Shown here: in pieces, positions 41,515 through 56,226 of the stretch
How the letters are laid out: the number at the start of each line of letters is the position of its first letter
Position numbering within the stretch: position 1 is the stretch's first letter
Source: the human T2T-CHM13v2.0 reference genome, Homo sapiens
Direction: 5' to 3' (one strand)
Length of the DNA stretch: 64,000 bases
Assembly (NCBI RefSeq): GCF_009914755.1
Contig: NC_060926.1
Notes under the pieces: generated by a model
The model's input: the letters and a program-made list of their open reading frames with translations, nothing else
The model's database searches: none
Told to the model about the DNA's origin: nothing
Made by a program: the position numbers and the translations under genes

Positions 41515-42984
41515 GAAGAGACTCCTCAAAACACTTGTCAGACCAACGAGGAAGGGATCAAAGCCAAGATTTTCCAGCAGCCAAAATAATAAAGATCATG
41601 GAGCCTATAGGAAAAAAATTGCTTTGCTAGAATCATCTCCCATATGGGGGCATGTGAACATTGAGGAAAAACTCTCAGGGTTGGTTTCAAATAGGAGACC
41701 TTGGCAAAAACGATTTCAACAAATAACACAAATGGAAGCAAAACTGGGGAAGAGACCCAAACTATTGTTATTAATTACTCTGTCACTTTAATTCATTATA
41801 TTCTAGCACAAGCCAAGCTAATTAGATCTTATTTTGCAAACAAAATTTTCATGGCCTGCTACATAAAATTCTTCTCTAATAGGTAGCATCTGCTGCATTT
41901 ATTTCATCCATTAATTTTGCAACCTTCTCCAAAACAAACATTAGGCTCATGTGATGTGATTCAGACAGTAGAAATGAGCTATGCAGCCAGGGGGTGCACA
42001 TGCAATCTTGGTCCCCAAGTCAGCCACCCTTCCTGGATGTACCTTCCCAAAGAGTCTATCTGGATGGGTGCTGGCCAGCTAGCCCAGTCCCCTGTAGGCT
42101 GTGCCCACAGAGAAGAGAGAAGCCCAGTTATCCTCCAAGAGAGCCTGCATTCAGAACTCATCCATGTCCTGCAATCTGAGATGAATTCTGGTGTTAGGTG
42201 TGAGGGCTTTAAATACAACAAAAGCCTAGAGAGGGGAGAGGAACCTACGGGCTGTTCTAATCAGAGGAAACTTCATGGATCAGAAAAAACTGGAATAGGG
42301 CCTTGGAATATGATTGTATCAGAACAGAAAGGAGACTCTTCCAGTGTGGACCTACAGTAAAATCAAGGGACAATGCACTGTGCCTTCCTCCCATCAGAGG
42401 GCAAAGAAGTAGGTACAAATTTGCAAGGTAAATAATGTGGCAAGAACTCTCTGAGTACACTTGGCATGCCCAGCTCTGTGCTGATCAAGAGATTCAAAGA
42501 AGCAGACAGCATGGTCTGTGGCCTTGGCAAAGAGATGACTTTCATATATAAAGTAAAAATGCCAAACGGATCAAACTCCCATAAGGGCCTTACCATGGGT
42601 CTCACCCAGCCTTGTCTCCTCCCAGGTTTCCAGCAGACTCTGCTGGAAAGCACAGAAGCTTTGGCTTTGCATCTGCTCAACCCATCTCCAGCCTTGATCT
42701 TTCTCATGATGAATGTGGATGGCTGATGCCCCCTTGGGGGCCTGCCAGCCCTCGTTTCTTCTCCCAGTGACCAGTGTTTTCCTTGGTGAAAGACCTTGAG
42801 AAGGTGGATGAATGAGGCGAGCATGTGCTCTGCCTCTGTGGAACTCACATCCCAGTGTTCGCTCATAAGCTAGAAATCAGCAATGCAGCAGGCACCAGAA
42901 GGACTACTCTCCTAATCCAATCTATGCTTTGGAGCCTACTCCCACTCCATTGCATGTACTGGGAATCATTTTCTTCTATATCTG

Positions 42985-43023
42985 CACACACACACACGTA
43001 CACACACACACACACACACACAT
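42985..43023. repeat. (CA)n microsatellite
   Basis: Direct inspection. Confidence 0.9.
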
Positions 43024-43817
43024 ACCTGGAAACCTCTCTTCATCCTTTGATCTGTTTGTCTGTCTTATCCACTTAAATGAAAACTCTATGAAAGCAGGAA
43101 CAACATTGGTTGTGTTTACCATTATACAATCAGGTCCTAGAAGAGTAATGAATACATATCAATACATATCTATAAATGAATGAATGGAGACATAAGAGTA
43201 TATCTTCTGGCCTGAAGGCAGAAAAGTGTGTGAAATATGAAATAACTGTCAGAAGGCCCCTGTGAATGGAGTAGAGGAAAAAGCCCCATAAAAGGCAGGA
43301 CAATTTTCTCACCACCAACACTGTAACTCTGTTCACAGCTGAAGCCGGTATGGCCAATTGCCCCTTTTACTTTTTTCCAGGTCTATTGAGGTATAATTGA
43401 CAAAAACTGTATATATTTAAGATGTACAACATGATGTGATATACACATATATTGTAAAATAACTGTCCTAATCAAGCTGATTAACGTATCTATCACCTCA
43501 CAGAGTTACCATTTTGTGTGCGTGTGTGGTAAGAACACTTAAGATCTGCTCTTTTAAAATGCAAATCAAAGCCACAATGAGATATCATCACATACTAGTA
43601 AGAATGGCTATGATTAAAAAGTCAAAAAATAACAGATGCTGGTGAGGTTTCAGAGGAAAAGGAACATTTATACACTGCTGGTGGGAATATAAATTAGTTC
43701 AGCCATTGTGGAAAGCAGTGTGGTGATTTCTCAAAGGACTTAAAACAGAATTACCATTCAACCCAGCAATCTCATTACTGGGTATACACCAAAATGAATA
43801 TAAATTATTCTACCATA

Positions 43818-44110
43818 GGGATGAGTGCGGTGGCTCGTGCCTGTAATCCCAGCACTTTGGGAGGCCGAAGCCGGTGGATTACCTGAGGCCAGGAGTCCAA
43901 GATAGCCTGGCCAACATGGCAAAACCCTATCTCTACTAAAAATACAAAAACATTAGCTGGGCATGGTGGCGTGTGCCTATAGTCCCAGCTACTTGGGAGG
44001 CTGAGGAGGAGGATCAGTTGAACCCAGGAGGCAGAGGTTGCAGTGAGCCAAGACTGCACCACTGCACTCTAGCCTGGGCAACAGATTAAGACTCCGTCTC
44101 AAAAAAAAAA
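43818..44110 (+). mobile_element. Alu (AluSx/Sz-like)
   Basis: Full Alu; TSD attctaccata at 43807-43817 and 44114-44124. Confidence 0.92.
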
Positions 44111-44422
44111 TACATTCTACCATAAAGACACATGCATGAATATGTTCATTGCAGCACTATTCACAGTAGCAAAGACATAGAATCAACCTAAATGCCCATT
44201 AATGATAGATTGGATAAAGAAAATGTAGTACATATACACCATAGAATACTATACAGCCATAAAAAGGAATGAGATCATGTCCTTTGCAGGGATATGGATG
44301 GAGCTAGACGCCATTATCTTAAGTGAACTAACACAGGACAGAGAACCAAATACCACATGTTCTCATTTATAAGTGGGAACCAAACATTGAGAACATGTGA
44401 ACCCAAAGAAAGGAACAAGAAA

Positions 44423-44713
<291 letters not shown>

Positions 44714-45026
44714 AAAAAGAAAGGAAGGAGGGAAGGAGGGAGGGAGGGAGGGAGGGAGGGAAGGAAGGAAGGGAGGGAGGAAGGAAGGAAGGAAGGAGGG
44801 AAGGAAGGAGGGAGGGAGGGAGGAAAGGAAGGAAGGAAGGAGGGAGGGAGGGAGGGAGGGAGGGAGGAAAGGAAGGAAGGAAGGAAGGAGGGAGGGAGGG
44901 AGGGAGGGAAGGAAGGAAGGAAGGGAGGAAGGAAGGAAGGAAGGAGGGAGGGAGGGAGGAAAGGAAGGAAGGAAGGAGGGAGGGAGGGAGGGAGGGAGGG
45001 AGGGAAGGAAGGAAGGAAGGAAGGAA
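44714..45026 (+). repeat. (GGAA)n/(GGAG)n compound polypurine repeat, 313 nt
   Basis: No pyrimidine between 44714 and 45026. Confidence 0.95.
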
Positions 45027-45812
45027 CAAGAGACACCAGGGCCTACTTGAGGGTGGAAGGTGGGAGGAGTGAGAGGATAGAGAAACTACCTATTGGGTAC
45101 TATGTTTATTACTTGTGGGATGAAATAATCTGTACAACAAACCCCTATGACAAGCAATTTACCTGTATAACAAACCTGCACATGTACCCCTGAACCTAAA
45201 ATAAAAGTTTATAAAACAGATCTGTTCTTTTTGCAAATTTCAAGTAAAAAAAAATAGAGTATTATTAACTATACACAGCATGATGTACATTAGATCCCCA
45301 GAACTCATTTAGTTTAGAACTGAAAGTTTGTGCCCTTTGACCAGCATCTCATCCTGCTCCCCAGCCCCAGTAACCACCATTCTACCGTCTGCTTCTAAGA
45401 GTTTGGCTTTTTTAGGTTCCTCATATAAGTGAGATTGTGCAGTATTTGTCTTCCTGTGTTTGGCTTATTTCACTTAACATAATGTCCTCCAGGTTCATCC
45501 ATATTGTTACTAAAGGCAGGATTTTTTTCTTTTTTATGGCTGAAAAATATACCATTGCATATATACCACATTTTCTTTATTCATTCATCTGTTGACAAAC
45601 ACTTATGTCATTTCCATATTTTGGGACTTGTTAATGCTGCAATTAAACACGGGAGTGCAGATATCTCTTTGAGATACTGATCTCATTTCCTTTGGATATA
45701 CAGCCAGAAGTAAGATTGCCTAATCATAAGGTAGTTCTATTGCTAATTTTTTTAGAAACCTTCATACTGTTTTCCATAACGGTTGTAGTCTTTCCCTTTT
45801 AAAAAAGCAAAA

Positions 45813-46932
45813 ACTTTTTTTTATTTCCAACTTTTACTTTAAGTTCAGGGATACATGTGCAGGATGTGCAGGTGTGTTACATAGTTAAATGCGTGCCATG
45901 GTGATTAGCTGCACAGATCACCCCATCACCTAGGTATTAAGCCCAGCATCCATTAGCTATTCTTTCTGATACTCTCCCTCTTTCCAGCTCCCACCCTTCG
46001 ACTGGCCCCAGTATGTGTTGTTCCCTCCATGTGTCCATGCATTCTCATCATTCATCTCCCACTTATAAGGGAAAATGTGCTGTGTTTGATTTTCTGTTCC
46101 TGTGTTAGTTTACTGAGGATAATAGCTTCCAGCTCTATCCATGTCCCTGTAAAGGACATGATCTCATTCCTTTTTATGGCTGCATAGTATTCCACGGTGT
46201 ATGTGAACCACATTTTCTTTATGCAGTCTATCATTGATGGGCATTTAGGTTGATTCCATGTCTTTGCTATTGTGAATAGTGCTGCAGTGAACGTACATGT
46301 GCATGTGTCTTTACGGTAGAATGATTTATATTCTTTTAGGTATATACCACATAATAGGATTGCTGGGTCAAACAGTAGTTCTGCCTCTATGTCTTTGAAG
46401 AGTCACTACACTGTCTTCCACAATGGTTGAACTAATTAACACTCCCTCCAACAGTGTGAAAGCATTCCTTTTTCTCCACCACCTTGCCAGCATCTGTTGT
46501 TTTTTGACTGTTTAATAATAGCCATGCTGACTGGTCTGAGATGATATCTCATAGTGGTTTCGATTTGCATTTCTCTAATGATCAGTGATGCTGAGCTTTT
46601 TTTCATATGTTTGTTGGTCACACGTATGTCTGCTTTTCAGTAGTGTCTGTTTGTGTCCTTTGCCCACTTTTTAATGGAGTTGTTTTTTTTTTGTAAATTT
46701 GTTTAAGTTCCTTATAGATCCTGGATATTATACCTTTGTCAGACAGAGAGATTACAAAAATTTTGTCCCATTCTGTAGGTTGTCTGTTTACTCTGATGAT
46801 GGTTTCTTTTGCTGTGCAGAAGCTCTTTAGTTTAATTAGATCCTATTTGTCAATTTTTGCTTTTGTTACAATTGCTTTTATCATCTTCGTCATGAAATCT
46901 TTACCTGTGCTTATGTCCTGAATGGTATTACC
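45813..46932 (-). mobile_element. L1PA10-13-like 3' fragment
   Basis: T tract then aagttcagggatacatgtgcaggatgtgcagg...ctaggtattaagcccagcatccattagctat...tgtcctgaatggtattaccc. Confidence 0.88.
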
Positions 46933-47149
46933 CAAGCAGAAAAAATTTTAAGCTTTAGAAAGAAGAGAGAGAGAAAAAAAAACAGAGAGAGAAACATGTG
47001 AGGGGCGTTTTTTTTTTTCTGCTAGAACTTAAATCCATTTATACCATCTGTCAAAGTCTTCTCATTCAATTGAAAACAAAAACACTATGTCTATTAGAGT
47101 ATTGGAGGTAAATGAACACTCAATATGTTAGGAACACTTAACAACAAGA

Positions 47150-47392
47150 GAGCCAGAGAGTGACTAGGTGAAGATCCTAGAATCCATGTCATATGACAGG
47201 TAAGTGGAGGAAAAGCATGACTTACCTGGAAAGAGAAAACTTAAAGGATACTTGACACCTGCTATTAAATGTCTAGCAGGTTGTCACATATAGGGGGAAG
47301 TAGACGTATTAGTTGTGGTTTGAATGTTGTGGTCTGAAAGAATTAGAACCAATGAGTGAGAAATACAAGATATAGGTTATTAATCCAACCTT
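47150..47392 (+). mobile_element. CR1/L3 fragment
   Basis: ccatgtcatatga...cctggaaagagaaaacttaaagga...agaattagaaccaatgagtgagaaatacaag. Confidence 0.5.
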
Positions 47393-47439
47393 AATCAGAT
47401 TAATTAGTAAGCAAGAAGCTAACTCATTAGTTGTACTAA

Positions 47440-47830
47440 AATATTTATCCTAGTATTCATTCAGACAACCTGTACAGATTTTTAATACAGAAATCCCTAT
47501 TTCACTCATAATTCACTGCACTATTGCAGAATGATAAAAACTTACCAATGTAATAACAATTCTTTATATTAATTGCCTATATTCATGCCTGTAATAAACA
47601 TGTTCAATCTGTGTAATTTGTTTTCCTGTGCTGTTTGTTTTGCTAACATTTATTGAAACATAATTTTATGTCTGTAAATCTAATGATAAAAATCTACTTT
47701 GTGTTTGTATTTTATGTGCTTATTTAGTTCTTCTAGTGATTTATCTTTATTGTATTTTACAAAAATATTGGTTTGCTTTAGATTAGAAATTTTAAAAACT
47801 GATTCTTAACCACAGAAAGAGAAGCACTGA
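47440..47830. mobile_element. hAT-Charlie DNA transposon fragment
   Basis: AT-rich body ending aaaaactgattcttaaccacagaaagagaagcactg, a Charlie-type terminus. Confidence 0.45.
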
Positions 47831-48074
47831 CTGGTGTTGATGCTCAATTAGAGCTGGAGGACCTGCTGCTGTGGAGGCTGAAATGGGAAAAGCTGCTTCG
47901 AAGGTGGTTGACACTGAATTGTATCATCCCCCAGTGCAGTGTCGACACAGTAGGCTCTTAATTGCATAAAATAAATATATAAACATTATATAAATTACAC
48001 AAAATTGTAAATACCAAACCTATAAATGGTATAACTTGCAAATTGATTTTTTAAAATCTCTACGTAGTCCAAAG

Positions 48075-48420
48075 GAGGCAAGACAGGTGGTTGGAGGCTT
48101 AACCCATGTTAGATGACGAGTACGGCTTGATGGAAATAGAACTTCCTAGCCTTGAAAAGTGAAGACATCAAGAATACTTCCTCGCTGTCTTCAAAAGATC
48201 TTAAGGGTGTTATGGCAAAGGTTAAGGGAATTGTAAGAAGTATGCTAAGAAAATCCACGAAGTAAAACTATGACTAATGGATGGAAGGTGCAGAAAGGCA
48301 GATACTGATTCAACAAAGAATCTCTCGACAATTCCAGTTTTAGAGAAACGAAGAGAGCTGCCTCATGTGGTAGTGAGTTCACTGTTCTTGTAGTTCTTGT
48401 AGTTCACTAAAAGACTGAGG
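48075..48420 (+). mobile_element. CR1/L3 fragment
   Basis: tagccttgaaaagtgaagac...gctgtcttcaaaagatcttaaggg...taatggatggaag...gctgcctcatgtggtagtgagttc. Confidence 0.55.
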
Positions 48421-48519
48421 GAGTTTGGGAGCTGAAAAAAGGTTTCCTGCACAAAGTGGAACACTCTGCATTTTATAGCATTCTTACAAATTTTTCAAGG
48501 GAGTGTACTAGGGCTTTCA

Positions 48520-48700
48520 TTATCTAGTATTTTATTTTAAACTCATAGAAAATCTGGGAGGTAAGTATCACTATCCGCACTTTAGAAATGAGAAATCAGA
48601 AGCTTGGAGTGGTTAAAAATGGTCACAGACAGACAGAAGTGGTGGGTATGGGGTTTCGCCCCTGGGGTGGCTGATGCCATGCTCTAACGGAACATAATAC
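48520..48700 (-). mobile_element. MIR SINE
   Basis: gaggtaagtatcactatccgcactttagaaatgagaaatcagaagcttggagtggttaa. Confidence 0.6.
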
Positions 48701-51359
48701 TGTCAGCAACTCTGAAAGCCAATGACTCTGTGTACTCAAAACCCTGAAATGTGACCAGAAACCTAAAAAAAAGAAGTTCCAAGACGAAAAATTTTTATTT
48801 CATTAGATGTCTTTTGGAGTTTGAGGCTCTTAATTCTCTGAAGACTTCCAGAAGGTGCAAGAGCCTCCCCTCTTCCTACCACGTGCTTCTCTTCCATAAC
48901 CTTCGTCCTTCCCCTCTCCAACTATCCAGAAGTCTCACAATGACTCGGAGAGAAAGGATGTCATTGGTATGCGCAGACATTCTGGCTTTACCTCTTTCCC
49001 AGGATACTGTACTTTAAGAGATGTAGCTCTAGGCAGTAACATTTTGTCCAAAGGAATTAACTGCAATGGTGGAATGTCTGGTATAGTGAAAAAGATTCTT
49101 GCATATAGGAGACCTTCTAAGCACCCCCAACCACACAGTAGAGGACACCACTGAGCCTCCCTGTGGCAAAGCCAGTCCTTCTCTTAAGTTATATCGACAC
49201 AAGCACCCTTCAGCAGTTAAGTTTCCTGGAACATCCACAGATTCATTGACTTATGCTTTGGAGGAAGATTTACAAGTCCTCTTTTGTAAAGAGAAGTTTG
49301 CTATGTGACTTGAGTGAGACAGAACATCACTTGCTTTGATCCTTGCAGAAACAGGGTGAGAGGTCCCAAGATTCTGACTCACTATCCATTGCCCTGACCC
49401 TGAGCAACCCAGCCTCGTCCTGGTCTTAAAGTGTATTGGCACTTTTCTGTCTGTTCTCCTTCCATTGCTTTTGATTTTGCATACCCTGAGTCATCTCTGA
49501 AGATTCCATGCAACCAGCTGGGTGGCTGGCATCCAGCTCTGTGACACTTGCCTTGATTGATGTGCATCCTCTTAAGCATCTGCTCACGACAACTGTCTCT
49601 ACCCTGAAGATGACCAGAAGGGACTCCTCATCTTGCTTTACCTGTCTTCAGCACTTAGCCATTAGGCTGTTACCAGCAAAGCTGTCCTTTTCTCATAACA
49701 GATCGGTCTGATTGTGTAACTGTATCCCTTTACTTCTGACAGCATTTTCAGCTTTGTGTAACCTCCAAACATATGAATAATTTTCACTTGTGCATTGCAA
49801 TGAGCTTGGGGAACATTCAGAGTTCAGAGGTACAGCTAGAAATATGTCCAGAAGGATGAGTCAAATAATGTTGGGGGTGACTGGGAAAGAGAAGAAAGGG
49901 TCCTGCCATGCCTCTCCTGTGAGCCAACAGTCTGATGCGCACTTCAGGGTCACTGTTTCCAGTGTGCAAGTCCTTGGCTGTTGGAATGAAATGTCTGCCT
50001 CTTTGTTCTGCCTCCCACTTTCTCCTCCTTCTCTTCTTCCTACTTCCCTCTCCTCCAATTCACCCCATGAAAATATTGCATAATGTTCACAGATAACCCA
50101 CTAAGCCTAGCTTAGTCTATTAGGAGATTCCCTTTCTGTAAGCTTTCAGAATCCCATACATTTGCCAGCAGTGTGATTGCTTTCTAAGTCAACATGACTG
50201 TCCCCTTCCCCAAAGGAACCCTTCACTTTTCTTTCTTAAATTCCACTGTGTGTCTCCCACAAACAGGTTTTTTAGTAGAATCTCATGACGATAAGAATGC
50301 CTTTAAAGAATGCAAGATTTCTAAAAATATTCAACAAAAATATTCCCAATACACCTCTCATAACAATTCCATCCCAGAGTGTGGTCCAAAATAAATTGAG
50401 GATTTGTCTGTACAACAGCTTCAAGATGTTCAGAAGGTGTCAAAAATGGCAAGGATCTGACACTCATCGAAGTGTTCAGTTAACCATACCCACAACCTCC
50501 AGGGCTTTAAAAACATATAAATTGCAAAGATTGAGGTGAACAGTTTGATCAACTTTGAATCCAAAGGTGCTGATGACAGACAGGAATAGGAGCACTTCCC
50601 AGACACAATTATGTTCAGGCAGCTTGAAGTAAAAGTAGCCAGCCTTGGTGTAGTGCTTTGCAAAGAGTGGTGATTTGCATCATCCAAGTGCTTTGCAGAG
50701 CTTTAGCAAAAGTATTCTGAGTGTGAACAAACAGTAGAGACTGTGCTTGGAACAAGCTGGACAGAGTTCACCTTCCCGTGGGGAGCAGGGAATGTTGGCT
50801 TTAGGACCAGACCTGCTCTCTGCTTCTGGCGCCATGGCAGCACGCTTGCACGAGGCCTTTGCTCCCCTAGCATTGGAAGCCACTCCAGCCTTGAGTGCCA
50901 GCTCGGCCACCTGAATGGAAGACAAGAGCTCTTTGGCAGCCAAGATGCCCCAAGTTCTTCCCATTTTTATTCCACTCATTCTCTTTCCTCTTCCCCTCCC
51001 ATGTCTCTGGCTACTCGTTCCCAGGCCCATCCCTGGACTTCTCCTCTTCTGCCCAGCCTTTACCTGTTTGTGTTTTCCAACCTTCTCTTTGGCCCACTGC
51101 TTTCCTCACTCATTCTACCCTTGCTAGACATGCTAATTCCTTCTCTTGGCTTTAACCCCTATACTGAGGGCTTCCAAATCCACAGCCCCAGGTGAAAGCT
51201 CTCTCTGCTCACTTCTTCAGTGTTCTAGGACCCATTCTACCCCACACATCCTGATTTCCTTTTGCTGTGTCCCTTCTGTTGGAATACCCCACCATTTCTT
51301 CAATCTCTGCCCCTGAAACTTTGCCTGATTAGGAAGACAACAGGATGAGGTGAAAGCGC

Positions 51360-51610
51360 ATGGAACTTGAAGCCCTGTAGGGTTCAAGTTCTCACTCTGT
51401 GTATCTGGATCACCTACAGGTCTGTGTGTCTGGATCACCGATCTCTACCTCAGTTTCTTCATCTGGACAATGACACTAAAGCTGCAGGGCTGTCAGGAGG
51501 ATTAAGTAAGGTAATGCAGGTGAAAGGTTCTGCACAGAGCTTCACTCATAATCAGCCCTAAATATGTGGTGCTGACATAATGGTATTAATAACAATAGCA
51601 GCATCAGCAG
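51360..51610 (+). mobile_element. MIR SINE
   Basis: gggttcaagttctcactctg...cctcagtttcttcatctggacaatg...gaggattaagtaaggtaatgcaggtgaaag. Confidence 0.65.
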
Positions 51611-52193
51611 CAGCAGCAATGGTGAGAACAGATAATAACTGAAGACTGCCTGCCCGTCTGATAGCATACTCCACTTCCCCAGCTCCAGTGGGACATAAAC
51701 TGCCAGCCCCACCTGTGACCACTGCTTCCTCCTGTTCTTGCCCCACCCTGGTCCCTCCTTACCTCATCTGTGCTCTAAGTAGAGTGAATCTTTTTACCTA
51801 CCCCCAAAAGAACCCCAATATGACACAGAATATTCCATTAATAGTCAAAAACATTAGACGCTTAATAGGCAACAAACCTATTTTTCCACTGACTTCTCTA
51901 AATGCTCACTTCTGAAACTACCTCCACTCTCAGCTGCTTGGGTAGATGATAACAGCTACCCTGGCCCAAGGGCTGTGGGGATAGCTGGTAAAGGAAGGGG
52001 CTACAGTGGGGCTCAAAAAGGAAATCAAGACACAGCAGAACTGAAAAGAGTAGAGATGCTCCAGTAAGCTGGACAATGTGTCCTTGACTGTGGAGCCAGG
52101 AGCTCTGAAATGAATTTGGTTATCTACCTGATAGCAACCTCAGAGGGTAAGGATGTCCTTCGAGTCCCTTAATTCCCTTAGAAACACAATGAA

Positions 52194-52510
52194 GGCCAGG
52201 CTCAGTGGCGCACGCCTGTAATCCCAGCACTTTGGGAGGCCAAGGAGGGTGGATCATCTGAGGTCAGGAGTTCGAGACCAGGCTGGCCAACATGGCGAAA
52301 CCCCATCTCTATTAAAAATATAAAATTAGCCGGGATGTGGCACGTGCCAGTAATCCCAGCTACTCAAGAGGCTAAGGCAGGACAATCGCTTGAAGCTGGG
52401 AAGCGGAGGTTGCAAGGAGCCAAGATCACATCACAGTACTCCAGCCTGGGCAACAGAGTGAGACTCTGTCTCAAAAAAAACAAAACAAGACAAAACAAAA
52501 CAAAAAACAA
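52194..52510 (+). mobile_element. Alu (AluSx-like) with (CAAAA)n tail
   Basis: ggatcatctgaggtcaggagttcgagaccagg; both arms present. Confidence 0.92.
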
Positions 52511-52892
52511 CCAATAGAGACCTTTAGATTTTGGGTTTCTATGTTCTCAGTTTGAAGGTATTTTCATTTCTTAGTTTTTAAACTTATTGGATGAAATAAC
52601 TATAGTTTTCTTAACTTTTTATCAAACTATCTTTCTCAGCTTCAGCTAATGTCCACCTTCATTCCAGAATTCCATGATTTGGTGAACAAGACATGTTAAT
52701 ACCATCTATACCCTTCACACCTTCACAGAGACCAGTGACACTCTCTGTTACTCTTTGTTTTTACAATCAGAAGAGCCCCTACCCCCAAGAAAGCACTATA
52801 GTTCTAATGTAAATGGAGCTTAGCACAGCATCAGAAAACTGGAGCTCATCAACTCCGCAATATGGTACCTGACTCTGAAGACATCTCCACAA

Positions 52893-53128
52893 ACAGTGCT
52901 CCCAGCCTTTTTCTCCTCTTGGTGCACATAGAAAATGATACCTTTTTCATGGCTTTCCAGGGTAAATTGAAGGAGCTGCTCACAGCTGGAGGTAACTAGG
53001 CCACAACTCTGGAGAGCCCCAGAACCTGCCCGGCTGCCCCAAGAATTAAGAGGATCAGTATCTCAGACACACCTGTAATCCATTTGTAGCAACTTGGCAT
53101 GCCCTGGCACCCCGTTGAGAAGCTCTAC
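52893..53128. mobile_element. hAT-Charlie non-autonomous element (MER112-like)
   Basis: gcacatagaaaatgata...ggctgcccc...ggatcagtatctcagacacacctgtaa...gttgagaagctct. Confidence 0.55.
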
Positions 53129-53699
53129 CCAAAAGGTTGTCGTATTGCCTGAGAGACCAATAGAATGCTTATTCCATTAAATAAGACCTTCTCTTCAGAA
53201 AGCCCAAGTCTATTTTTCACCTCCGTGTTAGCTTCCCTGAAATATGTTTCCCATTCACTAGTTAGTGCTTTGTCATGCTCAGCAAGGAGGATGATCTGGT
53301 GGCCACAGTAAAGAAAGAATCAGGAGCCATGTGGATTCTAAATTTATGATTCAGCAGCCATGGCTTCTGACTCACTCACATTAGATGACCTGTGGAGAAA
53401 ACCACTGGACTTTGGACAGGCCCTGATGAGATGAGCTGGAAAATAATATCACAATGGGTTTCTACTGGCAACCAAACACTATGTGAAAGTTGAGACTTCC
53501 TGAGCAGATAAATTAAAAGCAAGCTGTACAGGAGCATCATGACAAAAGCCATATGTTGAACTTCAGCAGATGCAGGACAGAAAACCACAGAGCCTATCAT
53601 GTCACACAGCATCACCTCTTGTACACCTATAAACTGCTGAGCTGTGTCAACAAAGTCACCTGGTCACTGTCCTTTCTGTGTGTCACAAGTATACTAAGT

Positions 53700-53835
53700 T
53701 GTAAAATCTGTGGACTCGGAAGCCAGGTAGGCCTGAGGTAGAATCCCGGCTTGAATACATCTGAGCTATGTAATGTTGGGCATGGCACTCAGCTTCTTGA
53801 GGTGTCAGCTGTGTTCTCTATAAAATGGGGATAAA
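53700..53835 (+). mobile_element. MIR SINE
   Basis: tggactcggaagccaggtaggcctgaggtagaatcccggc...ctataaaatgggga. Confidence 0.6.
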
Positions 53836-53896
53836 TGTGTGCTCATAATTTTCTCCATAAATACCAAAAAAAATTGACAGCAATTCAGCAATGATT

Positions 53897-54221
<325 letters not shown>

Positions 54222-56226
54222 TGATTCTTGACTTTAGGAAATAACCAAGACAAAAGAAAAATAGGCTACTTCTTTAAAAGAAGTTCAATGGATACACATG
54301 AGAGGCTGTCCCTCAGAAGCCAAGAGAAAAACAGGGATGTCCCCCCATCACCAACCATAGTTTCACACAATATCAAAAGTATTAGCAGAAGAAATAATAA
54401 TAATAAAGGTCTACAAATTGGAGGGGAACAGTTCCACTTTCAAATGAGCATGGAATAGAGGTGCTTTTCTTGTAAAATGTTTCTCACTCCTGCTGGAAGG
54501 TTTTCCCTGTGCCTCCTGCTAAAAGTCCTGGGCGGTATACACAGCAAAAACATAAGAAGCCTGAAATGTAGAGAGAAAGATTCAGACTGACTAGGAGCCT
54601 CAGGACCCAGGTAATAACATGATAGAGAGTTCCCTTGGTTTTTTTCTTGCCTAATCTATCCCAGATTGGGCGCTGGAGAAGCCAGCAATCCAAAAACACC
54701 AACCAAAACAAACAAATAAGCAAAATAAAATTCCAACTAGTGCCAGTTCTCTCTAGATAAAGGAACAGGAAGGGACAACCTGGCAAGACAGAGAAGTTTA
54801 GACATTGACCTCTCTGCCCTAGAGAAACACCATGGGATAAAAATGGCCATACCTCCAACCTCATCAGCAAAGACTGAGTGGGAAGCCTGGACTTTTACCT
54901 TCTTCACCTGGCTGTAACATGGAACCTGACCCACCCACCACAAAACCTCTCTACCACTGGTGTGGTGTCAGACAACAAGTGAGAAGCCAGGATTTTCAAG
55001 TGAAAAATAAACTTGGGACTTTCTGAAGAGAAGATCTTATTTAATGGAATAAGCATTCTGTTGGTTTCTCCTGGTCTCTCAAAGTCCAGTGGTTTTCCAC
55101 AGGTCATGCCTGGCTGCAATGAGCCCTCTCCCCATGGAGTCAGTAGAAACTAGGTAGGAATTCTGAACTTCTACCCCCAACAAATGGTAATGAGCTGCAC
55201 TTTCTCCACCATGCCTGTATCAGGAGGCCTAATGGAGAGGCAGGACCTTCTCACCATCCAGTGGTAAAAAGGATGCCCCATGTATGTGATGTCAGTAGAA
55301 GCCACATGGAGAGCAGTAAGAAGGCACCCCTCCTATACCAACTAGGGTAATATAAATGAAAACCTAGGAGGGAACCTAAATTTCCACTCCTACCTAAGGA
55401 GTAGATGCCCTTGCCTCATCCCTCCCCACCCACCTCCCTGCTACTTAGGTCAAGTGGGGAACTAGGACCCACCTGGCAATAATGAGGCAGGACACTCATT
55501 TCCCTTCCAGAGTGATATCAGGTGAGGCTTGTTAAAGCAGACTTAAATAAGATCCAGGGCCTTATAACATAATACCAAAAACGTTCAGGATACCACAAAA
55601 AAAAAAATCACTCATACCAAAACCAGAAAAATTTCAACTTGAGTAAGAAAAGAGAATCAACAGATGCCAAACCCAGGATGACACAGATGTTAGAATTATC
55701 TGAAAAGAATTTTAAGTAGCTATCATAAAATTACCTCAGTGAGTAATTATGAACATGCTTGTAATAAATGAAAAATATATTTTGGAACTGATGAATACAA
55801 TAACCAAAATAAAAACTTAATGGATGTACTCGGCAGCAGAATGGTAAGAACAGAGGGAAGAATCATTGAACTTAGAACAACAGAAATTACTCACTCTGAA
55901 CAGAGAGTAATAGACTTAAAAACTTAATACAACCTCAGAGTTCTGTGGACAATATCAAAAGATAGAACATTTGCATTATTAGACTGACAGAAAAAAAGGG
56001 AAAAGATAGTGGGGTAAAAATATCCCCAAATAAATAATTCTGACTTTTAAAAAAATTTATCCAAAAACATAAACCTCCGGATACAAGATTCTGGGAGAAC
56101 TTCAAACAAGATAAACCAAAAGAAATCCACACCAAGACACATAATTAAACTTCTGAAAATTAAAGACCAAGAAGATATCTTGAAAGCAGTGGGAGAAAAT
56201 CAACAATCAAGAGAAAATCAAGAGAA

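Noticed and set aside
41917-42866. 147-aa and 167-aa ORFs
   Set aside because: Partly overlap L2-like sequence, with no protein motifs.
50828-50841. RFX X-box-like near palindrome ggcgccatggcagc
   Set aside because: An 11/14 match to a single motif with no supporting context.
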